DNA of 64,000 nt, taken from positions 15,664 through 79,663 of the forward strand of contig JALOQM010000001.1 of the NCBI GenBank assembly GCA_025453495.1, given 5' to 3'. The notes beneath the pieces were generated by a model. That model had not been told where the DNA came from. It did not search any database and saw only the letters and a list, made by a program, of their open reading frames with translations. This stretch comes from Minisyncoccota bacterium (GTDB taxonomy: Bacteria; Patescibacteriota; Minisyncoccia; Phycocordibacterales; UBA9973). The position numbers were made by a program, and so were the translations under genes. This document shows, one piece after another, positions 20,517 to 30,866 of the stretch. Within the stretch, counting starts at the first letter, position 1; each line of letters opens with the position of its first letter.

Positions 20517-20837
20517 CTACAAGAGTGCCTCGATAGTATCGCAATCGGATATTTTTAGAAATTGCTGCTGTATTGCGATTTTAATACAAACGATACATTC
20601 AAGCGTAGATGCTTTAGTACGATTCGCATACAGCGCAAAGTGCTTCTTGGATGACTGAGCACTGCCTTCGGCAATGTTGAGAACGATAGACGTACTTGCT
20701 CGCTTCAGTTGGTCAGTTAAAGCGAAGAGTTCCGTTTTGGGAAAACTTTGCGTCAGTCGATACACTTCGCCAACAATTTGCATGCCGATCTTCCAAACAG
20801 CAAGATCTTCAAAACGATAATTCTTGAAGCTTTTCAT
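20517..20837 (-). CDS. Four-helix-bundle protein (23S rRNA intervening-sequence protein family)
   Basis: DLAVWK...LTDQLKRASTSIVLNIAEG matches the S23-ribosomal/IVS-protein family signature. Confidence 0.7.
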   Translation of the reverse strand: MKSFKNYRFEDLAVWKIGMQIVGEVYRLTQSFPKTELFALTDQLKRASTSIVLNIAEGSAQSSKKHFALYANRTKASTLECIVCIKIAIQQQFLKISDCDTIEALL

Positions 20838-20881
20838 CTTGAACAGCTAGAACATTCCAACATTTACAACAATTCGAAAAA

Positions 20882-21445
20882 CTAGAAGCTAACTGCAACT
20901 GGATTCTTTGCTGCAGCGTCTTCAAGTTGGAAGAGTTCCATTTCTTTGAACTTACACATGCCTGCAATAATATTTGCTGGAAACGAATCAATCTTGGTAT
21001 TTAGCTCCATCACATTTGTATTATAGAAACGGCGTGCGGCTTGAATCTTGTTTTCGGTATCAGAAAGTTCACGCTGAAGCTCAAGAAAATTTGTATTTGC
21101 TTTAAGATCAGGATACGCTTCAGCGACAGCAAAAATAGACTTCATGGCACTTGTAAGCATATTTTCAGCTTGTGCAATTGCCTGCTTATCACTACCTGCG
21201 TCAGCAGTAAGCGCATTTGCTCGTGCTTCTGTTACTTTCTCAAATACTGTGGATTCATGCGCAGCGTAGCCTTTTACTGTACTTACTAAGTTTGGGATAA
21301 GGTCATAGCGGCGCTTGAGCTGAATATCAATATCAGACCATGCCTCTTGTGCGCGATTCTTAAGTGAAACAAAACGGTTGTATGCTGCAATTGCCCAGAT
21401 GACAATGACTCCCGCAGCAATCAAAAGTATGCTTGTTAGTGACAT
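20882..21445 (-). CDS. lemA: LemA family protein
   Basis: N-terminal TM helix followed by the conserved LemA block NRFVSLKNRAQEAWSDIDIQLKRRYDLIPNLV. Confidence 0.8.
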   Translation of the reverse strand: MSLTSILLIAAGVIVIWAIAAYNRFVSLKNRAQEAWSDIDIQLKRRYDLIPNLVSTVKGYAAHESTVFEKVTEARANALTADAGSDKQAIAQAENMLTSAMKSIFAVAEAYPDLKANTNFLELQRELSDTENKIQAARRFYNTNVMELNTKIDSFPANIIAGMCKFKEMELFQLEDAAAKNPVAVSF

Positions 21446-21533
21446 ATATCTATAAATTATTATGCGAATAAGCTCTTATAGTATACGGTCGCATACTATA
21501 AAAAGCAAAAAACTTGCTATTAGTAGAATTGAT

Positions 21534-22481
21534 TTAATTAGTGCCAGATTTTTTTCTATTCTGACGCTCCTCTACCCAGACAAGGAGTGGTGATGCAAGG
21601 AAGATAGATGAGTAGGTACCAGAAATCATACCAGCAGTGAGCATGAGCGCGAAGTTCTTTGTTGACTCTGGACCAAAGAACGAAAGCGAAAGCAAAACGA
21701 TAATAACAGTAAGAGAGGTAGAAATAGAACGCTGGTAGACCTGTGAAAGACTCCGGCCGACAGTTTCTCTAAAGGTAGGAAAGGCTTGGTTCTTGAGATT
21801 TTCACGAATGCGGTCAAAAACGACAATAGTATCTGAAATAGAAACACCAAGCACAGTCAGGATTGCGACGACAAACAATGTGTCTACTTCTGCTCCATTA
21901 AAGTAAGAAAGCAAAGAGAAAATACCGATCGGAATCGCGATATCGTGCAAAAGAGTGACGACAGCGATTAAACCATATTTCCATGATGATACAGGACGAG
22001 ATACACTGCGGAACGAAAAAGCGATGAACGTGATAATAGCGAGTATAACAAAGAGCATGGACATGATTGCTTTTTTCCTAAGCTCTGATCCGACAGAAGG
22101 ACCGATAGAAGTAAAGCTCTTCTCTGCTACCTGCGTGTCATTTGCTGAGAGTGCACTGACAACTGCAACGCGTTCTGCTTCTGAAAGATAGCGAGTCTTT
22201 ATAAAGAAGCTATCAGTTCCTGAAGGCTGAATGAGTGCTTCACCGATACCGATCGGATCGATCGCTGACTGCACGACAGACACCTCTGGACGCTCGACGG
22301 TATAAGAAATTTCCATTCTTGAGCCTCCGAGAAAATCAATACCGAGATTGAGTCCAAATACAGAGACAAGCAAGACTGAGACAAGTACAAGAGTGACTGA
22401 GATAGTGATAAATATATTTTTGTGAGTGACGATAAACATAGTATTATTTCTTAGCTTTTGCGGAAGAAAGACCGCTACCAA
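21534..22481 (-). CDS. secF: Protein-export membrane protein SecF (true start probably the Met near 22439)
   Basis: SecF topology and motifs (FLGGSRMEISYT); overlaps the end of secD. Confidence 0.85.
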   Translation of the reverse strand: MVAVFLPQKLRNNTMFIVTHKNIFITISVTLVLVSVLLVSVFGLNLGIDFLGGSRMEISYTVERPEVSVVQSAIDPIGIGEALIQPSGTDSFFIKTRYLSEAERVAVVSALSANDTQVAEKSFTSIGPSVGSELRKKAIMSMLFVILAIITFIAFSFRSVSRPVSSWKYGLIAVVTLLHDIAIPIGIFSLLSYFNGAEVDTLFVVAILTVLGVSISDTIVVFDRIRENLKNQAFPTFRETVGRSLSQVYQRSISTSLTVIIVLLSLSFFGPESTKNFALMLTAGMISGTYSSIFLASPLLVWVEERQNRKKSGTN

Positions 22482-23841
22482 ATAAGAACGCGATCAACCG
22501 ATTAGATTTGTCCATACCGAGAGACAGCATAAAAATACGAGAAATGGTAATCGCTGTAAACATAGAGACAAGTATACCTAGACCAAATGTCAGGGCAAAT
22601 CCTTTGATGATTGAGGTACCAAATGCAAAGAGAATGAGTGCAGTAATGATACCTGAGAAGTTAGAATCACGAATCGCAAACCAAGTACGAGAAAAGCCGG
22701 TGCGGATACCATCGCTTACTGTGCGACCATTTCTAATCTCTTCTTTAATACGCTCAAAGACAAGCACATTTGCATCTACAGCGACACCAATTGAGATAAT
22801 GAAGCCTGCGATACCGCCAGCAGTCAATGTAACACCAAAGAGCTTGAAGAGTGAGAGAGTAATGAGAGCATAAAGCGCAAGTGTGATGATGCCAATAATA
22901 CCCGGGAGTCGGTACCAGACGATCAAAAAGAGGGCGACAGCAAGGAAGCCGATAATCGCCGCACGAATACCATCATGTACTGCAGCTACGCCAAGTGAGG
23001 CACCAATAGTCTGCGTTGAAACAAGTTCGATAGGGACAGGCAAAGCGCCAGAGTTCAACCGACCGACAAGTGTCTTTGCTTCCTCAGGAGTGAAGTTGCC
23101 GGAAATCTGTGCGCTACCAGTCGTAATAGCCTCACGTACAACTGGTGCAGAGATTGGTGCACCATCAAGATAGATGGCAACTGTCTTCCCTACATTTTCG
23201 CTCGTGATACTTTTGAAAAGTTCTGCGCCTTCTGTATTGAACGTGAGAGAAACAATCGGCTCGCGAGTGTTTGGAGAAAATTCTACTGCTGCGCGAGAAA
23301 GAAATCTACCAGTAAGATCAGTAGGTATATAGAACGGATCAGCAAATGCGACATCTGGTGTCTTACCCTCCAAAAGGAGCGCTTGCGCTTCTTCGTACTG
23401 TGCGACAAGCGCATCTTTCTCTGGGCCCTCAGGACGTTCGGTCTTAAACTCAAGAAGCGGTGTCTGGCCAATCATAGTGATTGCTTTGTTGACATCGGTC
23501 ACTCCAGGGATGTCTATAGTAAGACGTTCTTCTCCATTGTTCGAAAATCCTCCGGACTCTACTTGTACAACTGGTTCGCTGACACCAAAGAGATTTACGC
23601 GGCGCTCAACAACATCACGAAGTGAATCCATCGCTTCACTTACCTCTGATGGTGCTACTGCTGAGACATCAGCTCTATAGACAAGGTGTGTACCACCAGA
23701 GAGATCGAGTCCGAGCTTAAACGGAAACTTCGTCTCCTCTACGGGAGTATTTGAGAGGACAGGCTCAGTCCTATAGACAAAATAGCCAACACCGCATCCA
23801 GCGATAAGAATAAGTAGTGCTAAAACTCTAGTTTTCCACAT
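22444..23841 (-). CDS. secD: Protein-export membrane protein SecD
   Basis: SecD periplasmic domain and C-terminal 6-TM block (LDLSGGTHLVY...). Confidence 0.85.
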   Translation of the reverse strand: MWKTRVLALLILIAGCGVGYFVYRTEPVLSNTPVEETKFPFKLGLDLSGGTHLVYRADVSAVAPSEVSEAMDSLRDVVERRVNLFGVSEPVVQVESGGFSNNGEERLTIDIPGVTDVNKAITMIGQTPLLEFKTERPEGPEKDALVAQYEEAQALLLEGKTPDVAFADPFYIPTDLTGRFLSRAAVEFSPNTREPIVSLTFNTEGAELFKSITSENVGKTVAIYLDGAPISAPVVREAITTGSAQISGNFTPEEAKTLVGRLNSGALPVPIELVSTQTIGASLGVAAVHDGIRAAIIGFLAVALFLIVWYRLPGIIGIITLALYALITLSLFKLFGVTLTAGGIAGFIISIGVAVDANVLVFERIKEEIRNGRTVSDGIRTGFSRTWFAIRDSNFSGIITALILFAFGTSIIKGFALTFGLGILVSMFTAITISRIFMLSLGMDKSNRLIAFLFGSGLSSAKAKK

Positions 23842-23941
23842 AAAAATCAGTTATTTAGTAAGCAATACAAGCCGCATTCTAGCGGGTTTAGCACGAAATA
23901 GCAAATAGAAAAACCAGGTGTATACCCCAGTTCTTCTGTTG

Positions 23942-24346
23942 TTATCTTTTTTTCCTTTTGGAAAACTTGGCAGTCATGTTTTTAAAATAGCGCACAAATT
24001 TTGGTGGACGATCATCAAAAGTTGGTCCAATGATCCCTGGTTTTCTATAGCTCATTGCTGGGGTCATAGAAACTGGTTTTTTTCTTCCTTTTGCTAGTTC
24101 ACGTAGTTGTTGTTCAGTAAGACCAGCGTAATTACTGTCTGAGTGCTTTATTTTATCCTGCCCTTTTGGCGAGATTGATCCTGGTTCAGTAGTTATCGCA
24201 ATACCTTTTTCATTTGCAGTAAAACTTACAATCCTGTTATCGTCAAAATCTTCTGGAATATCTTCATAAGGAATTCTTTTTCCTGGCTGCACATCTTCTA
24301 ATAAATCATTTTTAAAATTACTCCTCATATAGACAACATAACACAA
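23942..24346 (-). CDS. Hypothetical basic protein
   Basis: 134-aa ORF with a Lys/Arg-rich tail and no recognisable domain. Confidence 0.3.
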   Translation of the reverse strand: MCYVVYMRSNFKNDLLEDVQPGKRIPYEDIPEDFDDNRIVSFTANEKGIAITTEPGSISPKGQDKIKHSDSNYAGLTEQQLRELAKGRKKPVSMTPAMSYRKPGIIGPTFDDRPPKFVRYFKNMTAKFSKRKKR

Positions 24347-24351
24347 AACAC

Positions 24352-24951
24352 TTAGAGAATCCCATATTTTCTCCCAAACCAGCGAAGCATACGATGGACA
24401 GCAATTGTCACCACCGGCCCGAGAACAAACCCTCCGATAATATCAATTGGGAAATGTACGCCTGCTACGATACGTGCAACTCCAACAACAAGTGCAATAC
24501 CGCCAAGGAGCATACCAAAACGCTTGTGATAACGATACACAGCCACTGCAAGTGCTGAGAAAAATGTTGCATGTCCAGATGGAAATGCGTAGCCTGTATG
24601 TTCAAAAAGAAGCACTACATCACGCACAACAAACGGTCGATCAGTAGCAAAAAGATATTTGAAAAATTGAGCTGCACCCCATGCAGCAAATGCTGAACTA
24701 AGGACTAGTACCACTTCTTTTGCTTTTTGAAACAATAATGCTGTTGTACGTGGTTCTGTTTGCTTGTCACGATACAATACTACAAAAAGAATCACTCCGA
24801 TCAGAGTAAGGTTTCCAAGCCAAACAGCACAAAATACAATTATTTTATCTAGTATCTGACTGTGTCCTGCAAGGGTATTAAAAAAGTGAAATAGTATTTC
24901 ATTCATGCTGTGTGATACCTTTATTTTTTTGCCCCGCAGCAAGCAATACAT
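24352..24951 (-). CDS. PAP2-family phosphatase (undecaprenyl-diphosphatase-like)
   Basis: PAP2 motifs KxxxxxxRP, PSGH and SRxxxxxHxxxD (PSGHATFF, GVHFPIDIIGG). Confidence 0.75.
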   Translation of the reverse strand: MYCLLRGKKIKVSHSMNEILFHFFNTLAGHSQILDKIIVFCAVWLGNLTLIGVILFVVLYRDKQTEPRTTALLFQKAKEVVLVLSSAFAAWGAAQFFKYLFATDRPFVVRDVVLLFEHTGYAFPSGHATFFSALAVAVYRYHKRFGMLLGGIALVVGVARIVAGVHFPIDIIGGFVLGPVVTIAVHRMLRWFGRKYGIL

Positions 24952-25753
24952 TTCTAAGAAGCATCGCGACTGTCACTGGACCGACACCACCAGGCACTGA
25001 AGAGAGAATTGCTGCAATACCTTCCACTGAAGCACGATCTACATCGCCGACCACTGTATTTGTCTCTTCAGATGTACCGGCATCAACAATAATCACACCA
25101 TTCTTGATCATAGTTCCTTTGATGTATCCTGGCTCACCAATAGCTGAAATAATGATATCAGCACTCTTGAGCAGCTCCAGTGCATCCGGCGTTTTTATAT
25201 CAATGACAGAAACGTTGTATCCACGAGCATGCAAAAGATGTGAGACAGGTTTACCAACGAGCTTACCTTGTCCAAGCACAACAAAGTGCTTATTTGTAAG
25301 ATCAAGTTGTAAAGAATCAAGCACTGCTAGACAGGCAAGAGCGGTCGGATAGGCAAGCACTTCTTGACCTTGATAAAAAGCATTGCTCGTCTCTGTCGAA
25401 AGACAATCTACATCAATCGATGGATCAATCGCATCAAGCACTGCTTGTGTATCTATGTGTTGTGATAGTGGCAATTGGACTATTAAGCCGCACATATCAG
25501 GGTATGCGTTTAGCTGTTGTATTTCTGCAATGAGTTTCTCAGTTGTGATTGCATCAGGAAATGAAGCGAAATGCGCGTGGATACCTACAGACGATGCAGT
25601 TTTTGCTTTCATCCGGACATATTGTGCAGATACAGGATCATCGCCAACAAGTACATCACAAAATACTGGCGTAAACGAAAGACCCGCAATATCAGCTGTG
25701 ATTTCGGAAAGCAATCTATCTCTTATTTTTTTGCCATCAATCAGTGTCGTCAT
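24899..25753 (-). CDS. folD: Bifunctional methylenetetrahydrofolate dehydrogenase/cyclohydrolase
   Basis: Full-length FolD homology (MTTLIDGKKIRDRL..., NAD(P)-binding GxGxxxG). Confidence 0.9.
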   Translation of the reverse strand: MTTLIDGKKIRDRLLSEITADIAGLSFTPVFCDVLVGDDPVSAQYVRMKAKTASSVGIHAHFASFPDAITTEKLIAEIQQLNAYPDMCGLIVQLPLSQHIDTQAVLDAIDPSIDVDCLSTETSNAFYQGQEVLAYPTALACLAVLDSLQLDLTNKHFVVLGQGKLVGKPVSHLLHARGYNVSVIDIKTPDALELLKSADIIISAIGEPGYIKGTMIKNGVIIVDAGTSEETNTVVGDVDRASVEGIAAILSSVPGGVGPVTVAMLLRNVLLAAGQKNKGITQHE

Positions 25754-25758
25754 ATGTG

Positions 25759-26895
25759 TTACATACCCAAGAATTCATGTTTGAGATCGTCACGATGCGC
25801 TGTTCGTGCGTAGCGGCGCATACCCATCAATATACCAAGCGCAAGACCCTCAGTGAGAAGATGCGAACCGCCATAACTCATAAGTGGCAATGGAATACCT
25901 GTGACGGGAAACATGCCAATATTCATACCAATATTGATCAAGAAGTGGCTCATAAAAAGTATCGCGACCCCCATACCATACAGTACTTCAAAGTTAGTGG
26001 CGCCCAGTCGTGCATTTGCAAGTATGCGCCAGATAATGAGTGCATACAATACAAGCAAGAGCAGTGAGCCAACGAATCCCCACTCTTCGGCATATGCCGC
26101 AAAAATAAAATCTGTCTCAGATTCAGGGAGAAAATGAGAGCGTGATTGCGTACCATAGCCAACACCTTTGCCAATAATCTGACCAGAACCAACTGCAATC
26201 ATCGACTGGTGCACATTATAGCCAGAACCATGAATATCTGAGAGTGGATTGATAAATGTTATGATACGTGCCTTCTGATAGTCCTTGAAAACAAATCCCC
26301 ACATGAGCGCAAGACAAGCAAAACCGACTGAAAACACAATAAGAAGATGCTTCTTGCTGATACCGGAGACCAGGATCATGCCAAACCACACAAGAAATAT
26401 AAGCATCGCAGAGCCGAAGTCCGGCTGGATAAGGACAAGCAAGAATGGCACTAGCGCATAGAGCGCAGAGATAAAAATATGCTTAAAATTAGCAATCTCC
26501 ACATGGCGACGAGAAAAATATTTTGCAAGAATAATAACAACCACAAGCTTCATCATGTCAGCCGGTTGAAACGAAAAACCACCAAACGAAAACCAACTCT
26601 GTGCACCTTTGGCAACAGTACCAATTCCAAAAAGGAGTATCAAAAGTCCACAAAAAAAGAGGAAGAGTGTGACAAGGATATCAGTACGCTTGAGAAAACG
26701 AAAGTCGATAATTGATGCACCAAAAAACATAACGAAAAAAACACCGATCCACAGCAGCTGTCTTGCAAAGATAGTTGTCTCGCCGGTAAAGGATTTCATA
26801 GTAATGAGCCCAGCGGCAAGTACCGGGACAAGAAACGCAAACAAAAGCCAATCAATCTTCAAAGGTCGATAGTGCATATCAGAAAGTGAAATCAA
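25759..26895 (-). CDS. SEDS-family peptidoglycan glycosyltransferase (RodA/FtsW)
   Basis: 10-TM SEDS topology with the conserved C-terminal loop. Confidence 0.85.
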   Translation of the reverse strand: MISLSDMHYRPLKIDWLLFAFLVPVLAAGLITMKSFTGETTIFARQLLWIGVFFVMFFGASIIDFRFLKRTDILVTLFLFFCGLLILLFGIGTVAKGAQSWFSFGGFSFQPADMMKLVVVIILAKYFSRRHVEIANFKHIFISALYALVPFLLVLIQPDFGSAMLIFLVWFGMILVSGISKKHLLIVFSVGFACLALMWGFVFKDYQKARIITFINPLSDIHGSGYNVHQSMIAVGSGQIIGKGVGYGTQSRSHFLPESETDFIFAAYAEEWGFVGSLLLLVLYALIIWRILANARLGATNFEVLYGMGVAILFMSHFLINIGMNIGMFPVTGIPLPLMSYGGSHLLTEGLALGILMGMRRYARTAHRDDLKHEFLGM

Positions 26896-27703
26896 AAATA
26901 TCTATTCTTGGGATAACTTCTATCCGTTCGACGGGTATAGAGAATTTCTCAGGCCAAGTAAAATACACTGGCGTTGCTGTACGCGACTTACTTTCGGTAA
27001 CAAGTGTCTTGCTTGCTGCAATAGCTGTGCCATCTGCATCGTATAAAACAACACCGAGACTCACATCTGTGAGATTATATATAGAATCATTTTTAAACTG
27101 CGCTTCAAGACGAGGCTCGTTTGAATCTTCCGAAAGGATTGTATCAGATACAGACACAGAAAGCTTTTCTGTACGCGGATCAATCTGTATCCATGTCGGC
27201 TCTTCTAGAAACGTAAACGCAACACGCTTAGGGATACGATTCCCGGTACTGATTCCTGGCTCAAGTATCGGCACACGACTATTTGGCCCAACAAATGTCT
27301 GACCTGTTCTCCGAGTAATAAAAACATTTTGCTCGTCATAGAGTTTGAATTCGTACTTGATAGAGGGGATGCCAATTTGTGCATTTTGGTTTTCGACATA
27401 AGCAACTGCATTATAGAGACCGTCAGAAACTTTGAATGGCTTTGTCCATCTGACAATCAAATCATTTGCTTGAAAAAAGCATGCCGAAAGACAAGACCCA
27501 CCACAATCGACACCAGCCTCAGTACCGTTTTGTTTGCCATCAGAACAGGTCGGTGACGTATTTAATTTTGGGTACAAGTTAAAAAAGGCAATGACAAGAC
27601 CTATTGCAACAATGCTTCCGATATATATAAGCCGACGCTTCACTGCCCAATCCATAAAGCCATCATAGCAAAGATGACTGTTTTCTAAAAATAAGCAGTG
27701 CAC
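26879..27703 (-). CDS. Membrane-anchored hypothetical protein
   Basis: Single N-terminal TM helix and a Cys-rich segment; no identifiable domain. Overlaps the end of the SEDS gene. Confidence 0.35.
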   Translation of the reverse strand: MHCLFLENSHLCYDGFMDWAVKRRLIYIGSIVAIGLVIAFFNLYPKLNTSPTCSDGKQNGTEAGVDCGGSCLSACFFQANDLIVRWTKPFKVSDGLYNAVAYVENQNAQIGIPSIKYEFKLYDEQNVFITRRTGQTFVGPNSRVPILEPGISTGNRIPKRVAFTFLEEPTWIQIDPRTEKLSVSVSDTILSEDSNEPRLEAQFKNDSIYNLTDVSLGVVLYDADGTAIAASKTLVTESKSRTATPVYFTWPEKFSIPVERIEVIPRIDIFDFTF

Positions 27704-27781
27704 CTCACAACTACCTAGACCCCGGTGGTTGTCTCCGGGGTGTCTATAGCGTTTTAAGTAATAAATAGATTGAATAATTTG

Positions 27782-27890
27782 TTCTGGCGACTACCTACTT
27801 TCCCCACAAGGAGTATCATCGGCTCTAGAGGTCTTAACTTCTCTGTTCGGAATGTAAAAAGGTGTTGCCCCTCCGACTAATCACCAGAAC
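27782..27890 (-). rRNA. rrf: 5S ribosomal RNA
   Basis: Reverse complement aligns base-for-base with the bacterial 5S consensus (TTCTGGCGACTACC...TCACCAGAA). Confidence 0.85.
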
Positions 27891-28478
27891 AAAATATTCA
27901 ATGGCTAAAGAAAAAACGTACTGCTTCACAACAGTACGCTCGAATATTTGATAAACATTTTCTACAGGGTGAATTTTAATCACAATTTTATTATATTTCG
28001 CTGCATAAGCAGTGAAAATCAAGAAGTCATTGACCTGTTTTGAGAGTTTCCTCTCTATTCCAAGCTTGCTTCTTGTTCGATAAAATCTTTCAATGCTTTT
28101 TGTTATCACTCACATGCCCGTAACAGCAATGGCTATTACGATAGCACGTGGTAAGCACATCCCTTTTCAGAAATTTCTTTCTAAATTGGTCTCTAGTAGT
28201 TAGTTCATCTTATATCTAAGCACATTATTTCAAGTAATTATTGTATTGTCAAGTGGTGATTTCCAAATTTCCTAATAGGAATCGGATAATTAGTACTTCT
28301 CGGCTCCACACATTACTGCGTTTCCACCTAAAGCCTATCAACGTAATCATCTCTTACGATCCTCAAACGATTCCTAATCTTGAAGCTGGCTTCCTTCTTA
28401 GATGCTTTCAGAAGTTATCCATTCCGAACATAGCTACCGGACAGTGCCGTTGGCACGACAGCCCGCACACCAGAGGTT

Positions 28479-28510
<32 letters not shown>

Positions 28511-28562
28511 CCCTTCTCAAGAATCAACGCCTGCAGTAGATAGGAGACCAACCTGTCTCACG

Positions 28563-29094
28563 CATCTATGTTTTACATCCATCATCCTGCGTTACGGGAT
28601 AACAGATCCTTCATTACTGAAGGGATCGGACTGTAACTTATTCATTGATTCACGAATTATGATTTATGATTCAAGAACGCACACATTCAGTCTCTACGGG
28701 TACTATTCGTACTGGAAAGTGGAGTCAATAAGTTTTCACTAATTGACTCACAGTGGACTTTGCATGAAGCCAGTTTAAGATTCATAACAATCCAAGCCTG
28801 GTCACCCAAGCGTATCTGGCACTGCCATTGGTGGTATATTAAACCCCGACAGTATTGATTCCACTTTCCAATACAAATAATTTCCCTCGGTATTGTCCTC
28901 TGATTACTCAGTTCGGATTTTACCGATATACGTGTACTTCACATCACATATCACTATATGATGCCGCCGTGCGTGCGCATACCGCGCACCATGGTCTTAA
29001 TCTCAGATTAAAACATCCTGAAAAAGAATTTCTTCCCTTCAGGTTCCTCAACGGGTTCAAACTGTTAAACCCACAAGGTCATTCTTATGACCTT
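28563..29094 (-). mobile_element. Putative ORF-less group I self-splicing intron inside the 23S rRNA gene
   Basis: About 532 nt interrupt the universally contiguous 23S sequence GGGTT(C)AAACCGT | CGTGAGACAG (E. coli ~2590s; the I-CreI-type homing site). The insertion ends in G before exon 2, the upstream exon ends in T, and no ORF of 60 aa or more lies on the rRNA strand. Confidence 0.55.
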
Positions 29095-29410
29095 AACGGT
29101 TTGAACCCAGCTCGCGTAACTTTTTAATTGGCGAACAGCCAAACCCTTGGCACCTTCTCCAGCGCCAGGATAAGTTGAGCCGACATCGAGGTGCCGAACT
29201 CCGCCGTCGATATGAACTCTTAGGCGGAACTAGCCTGTTATCCCTAGAGTAGCTTCTATCCCTTAATCTTCGGCCGCGTCTAAAGCGGACCATCGGTTCA
29301 CTTGGTTCTGCTTTCGCACCTGCTTGGCATGTACGCCTCACAGTCAAGCCAGCTTGTGCCCATACACTATCGGCACGGTTTCCATTCGCGCCTAGCTGAC
29401 CTTAATAAAG

Positions 29411-29451
<41 letters not shown>

Positions 29452-29742
29452 ACCCACCAGATACTGTCCCTTTGCGTTTTTGCCGCAAGGGTTAGAACAT
29501 GCCACGAGAAAGAATGGTATTTCACTGACGACTCCATATCAACCAAGATCGATACTTCAAAGTCTCCCATCTATGCTACGCAGTCACGCAACATGCTCAA
29601 TATCAAGCTATAGTAAAGCTTCTAGGGTCTTTTCGTCTAACTGCAGGTAATCGGCATCTTCACCGATATTGTATTTTCACCGAGCAAGTCCCCGAGACAG
29701 TTGTCCAGTCATTACGCCATTCGTGCGCGTCAGAACTTACCT

Positions 29743-29793
<51 letters not shown>

Positions 29794-30499
29794 CAGGGCT
29801 TATATCAGTCAGCTTGAGATAATCTCACCGCCGATATTTGACCTTCTGGCATTGGTCAGGCGTCACCCCCTATACATCCTCTTGCGAGTTCGCAGGGAGC
29901 TGTGTTTTTGATAAACAGTTGCCAGACATACTTTCGCTGCGCCCCATGAAATTAATCATGGGGAAGCCTTATTCCGAAGTTACGGCTGCTTTTTTGCCGA
30001 GTTCCTTGGGGACCTCTCACTCGTTCGCCTTGGTCTACTCGACCTGACTACCTGTGTCGGTTTACGGTACGGTTCCTGCGACGTTATACTTAGAGAATTT
30101 TCTCGGAAGCGTGCTTTGTGAAATCTATCCCGGCGAACCGGAACATTTCCGCTGTGTTTGGAGACTGCTATCTAAAGCAGATGCAGGGATTTTCCTCCGC
30201 ATCGGTCCTCACACCACGAACCCAAATCCAATAATGGGCTCCACATACAACCCTTCGTCCTCCCATCGTACGTCGCAGAAGTCACGGAATATTAACCGTG
30301 TGTCCATCGCGTGCGGCTTTCGCCATCCGCTTAGGCCCGACTAACCCTTGGCTGATTGACATTACCAAGGAAACCTTAGTCTTTCGGCGTGCGGGGATTT
30401 CACCCGCATTGCGGTTACTTGTGCCAACATTCTTACTTCCACACGCTCCAGATTGGCTCACGCCTTGTCCTTCACAGCAGAGTGGAATACTCTCCTACC

Positions 30500-30758
30500 G
30501 CTTGCAAACTTCACAGAGGAAGTGAGCGACGTACGAATGTCGCTCACATTTTTTTCTAAATACACACCGTTGGTACGATGCGTAGAACCAATTTGGCACT
30601 CTCACGTTAAACGTGAATCAGAAAAATTCGTGGGGAGAGCCGGATTCGAACCGGCACGGACGTTAGTCCATCAGATTGAAGTCTGACGAGTCTGCCAATT
30701 CCTCCATCCCCCTCAAGAATAAAATAAAAAGAACAATTCCTCTGTGAAGTTTGCAAGC
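30500..30758 (-). repeat. 23S rRNA intervening-sequence (IVS)-like insertion with a perfect 22-bp inverted-repeat stem and 215-nt loop
   Basis: gcttgcaaacttcacagaggaa (30500-30521) is the exact reverse complement of ttcctctgtgaagtttgcaagc (30737-30758). The loop contains extra hairpins and a tRNA-like T-arm (GCCGG-TTCGAAT-CCGGC). The site matches the helix-45 region where IVSs occur in other bacteria. Confidence 0.6.
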
Positions 30759-30834
30759 CCTCAAATTCGGTACTACGCTTAGCCCCGATTATTTTCGGCG
30801 CAGAGATTCTCGATGAGTGAGCTGTTACGCTTTC

Positions 30835-30866
<32 letters not shown>

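Noticed and set aside
30631-30715. Bona fide tRNA (even tRNA-Sec/UCA suppressor) inside the 23S IVS
   Set aside because: The T-arm is near perfect, but the putative acceptor strands do not pair (at most 5 bp with mismatches), the anticodon-like loop is 6 nt, and no D-arm can be drawn. It is reported as tRNA-like only.
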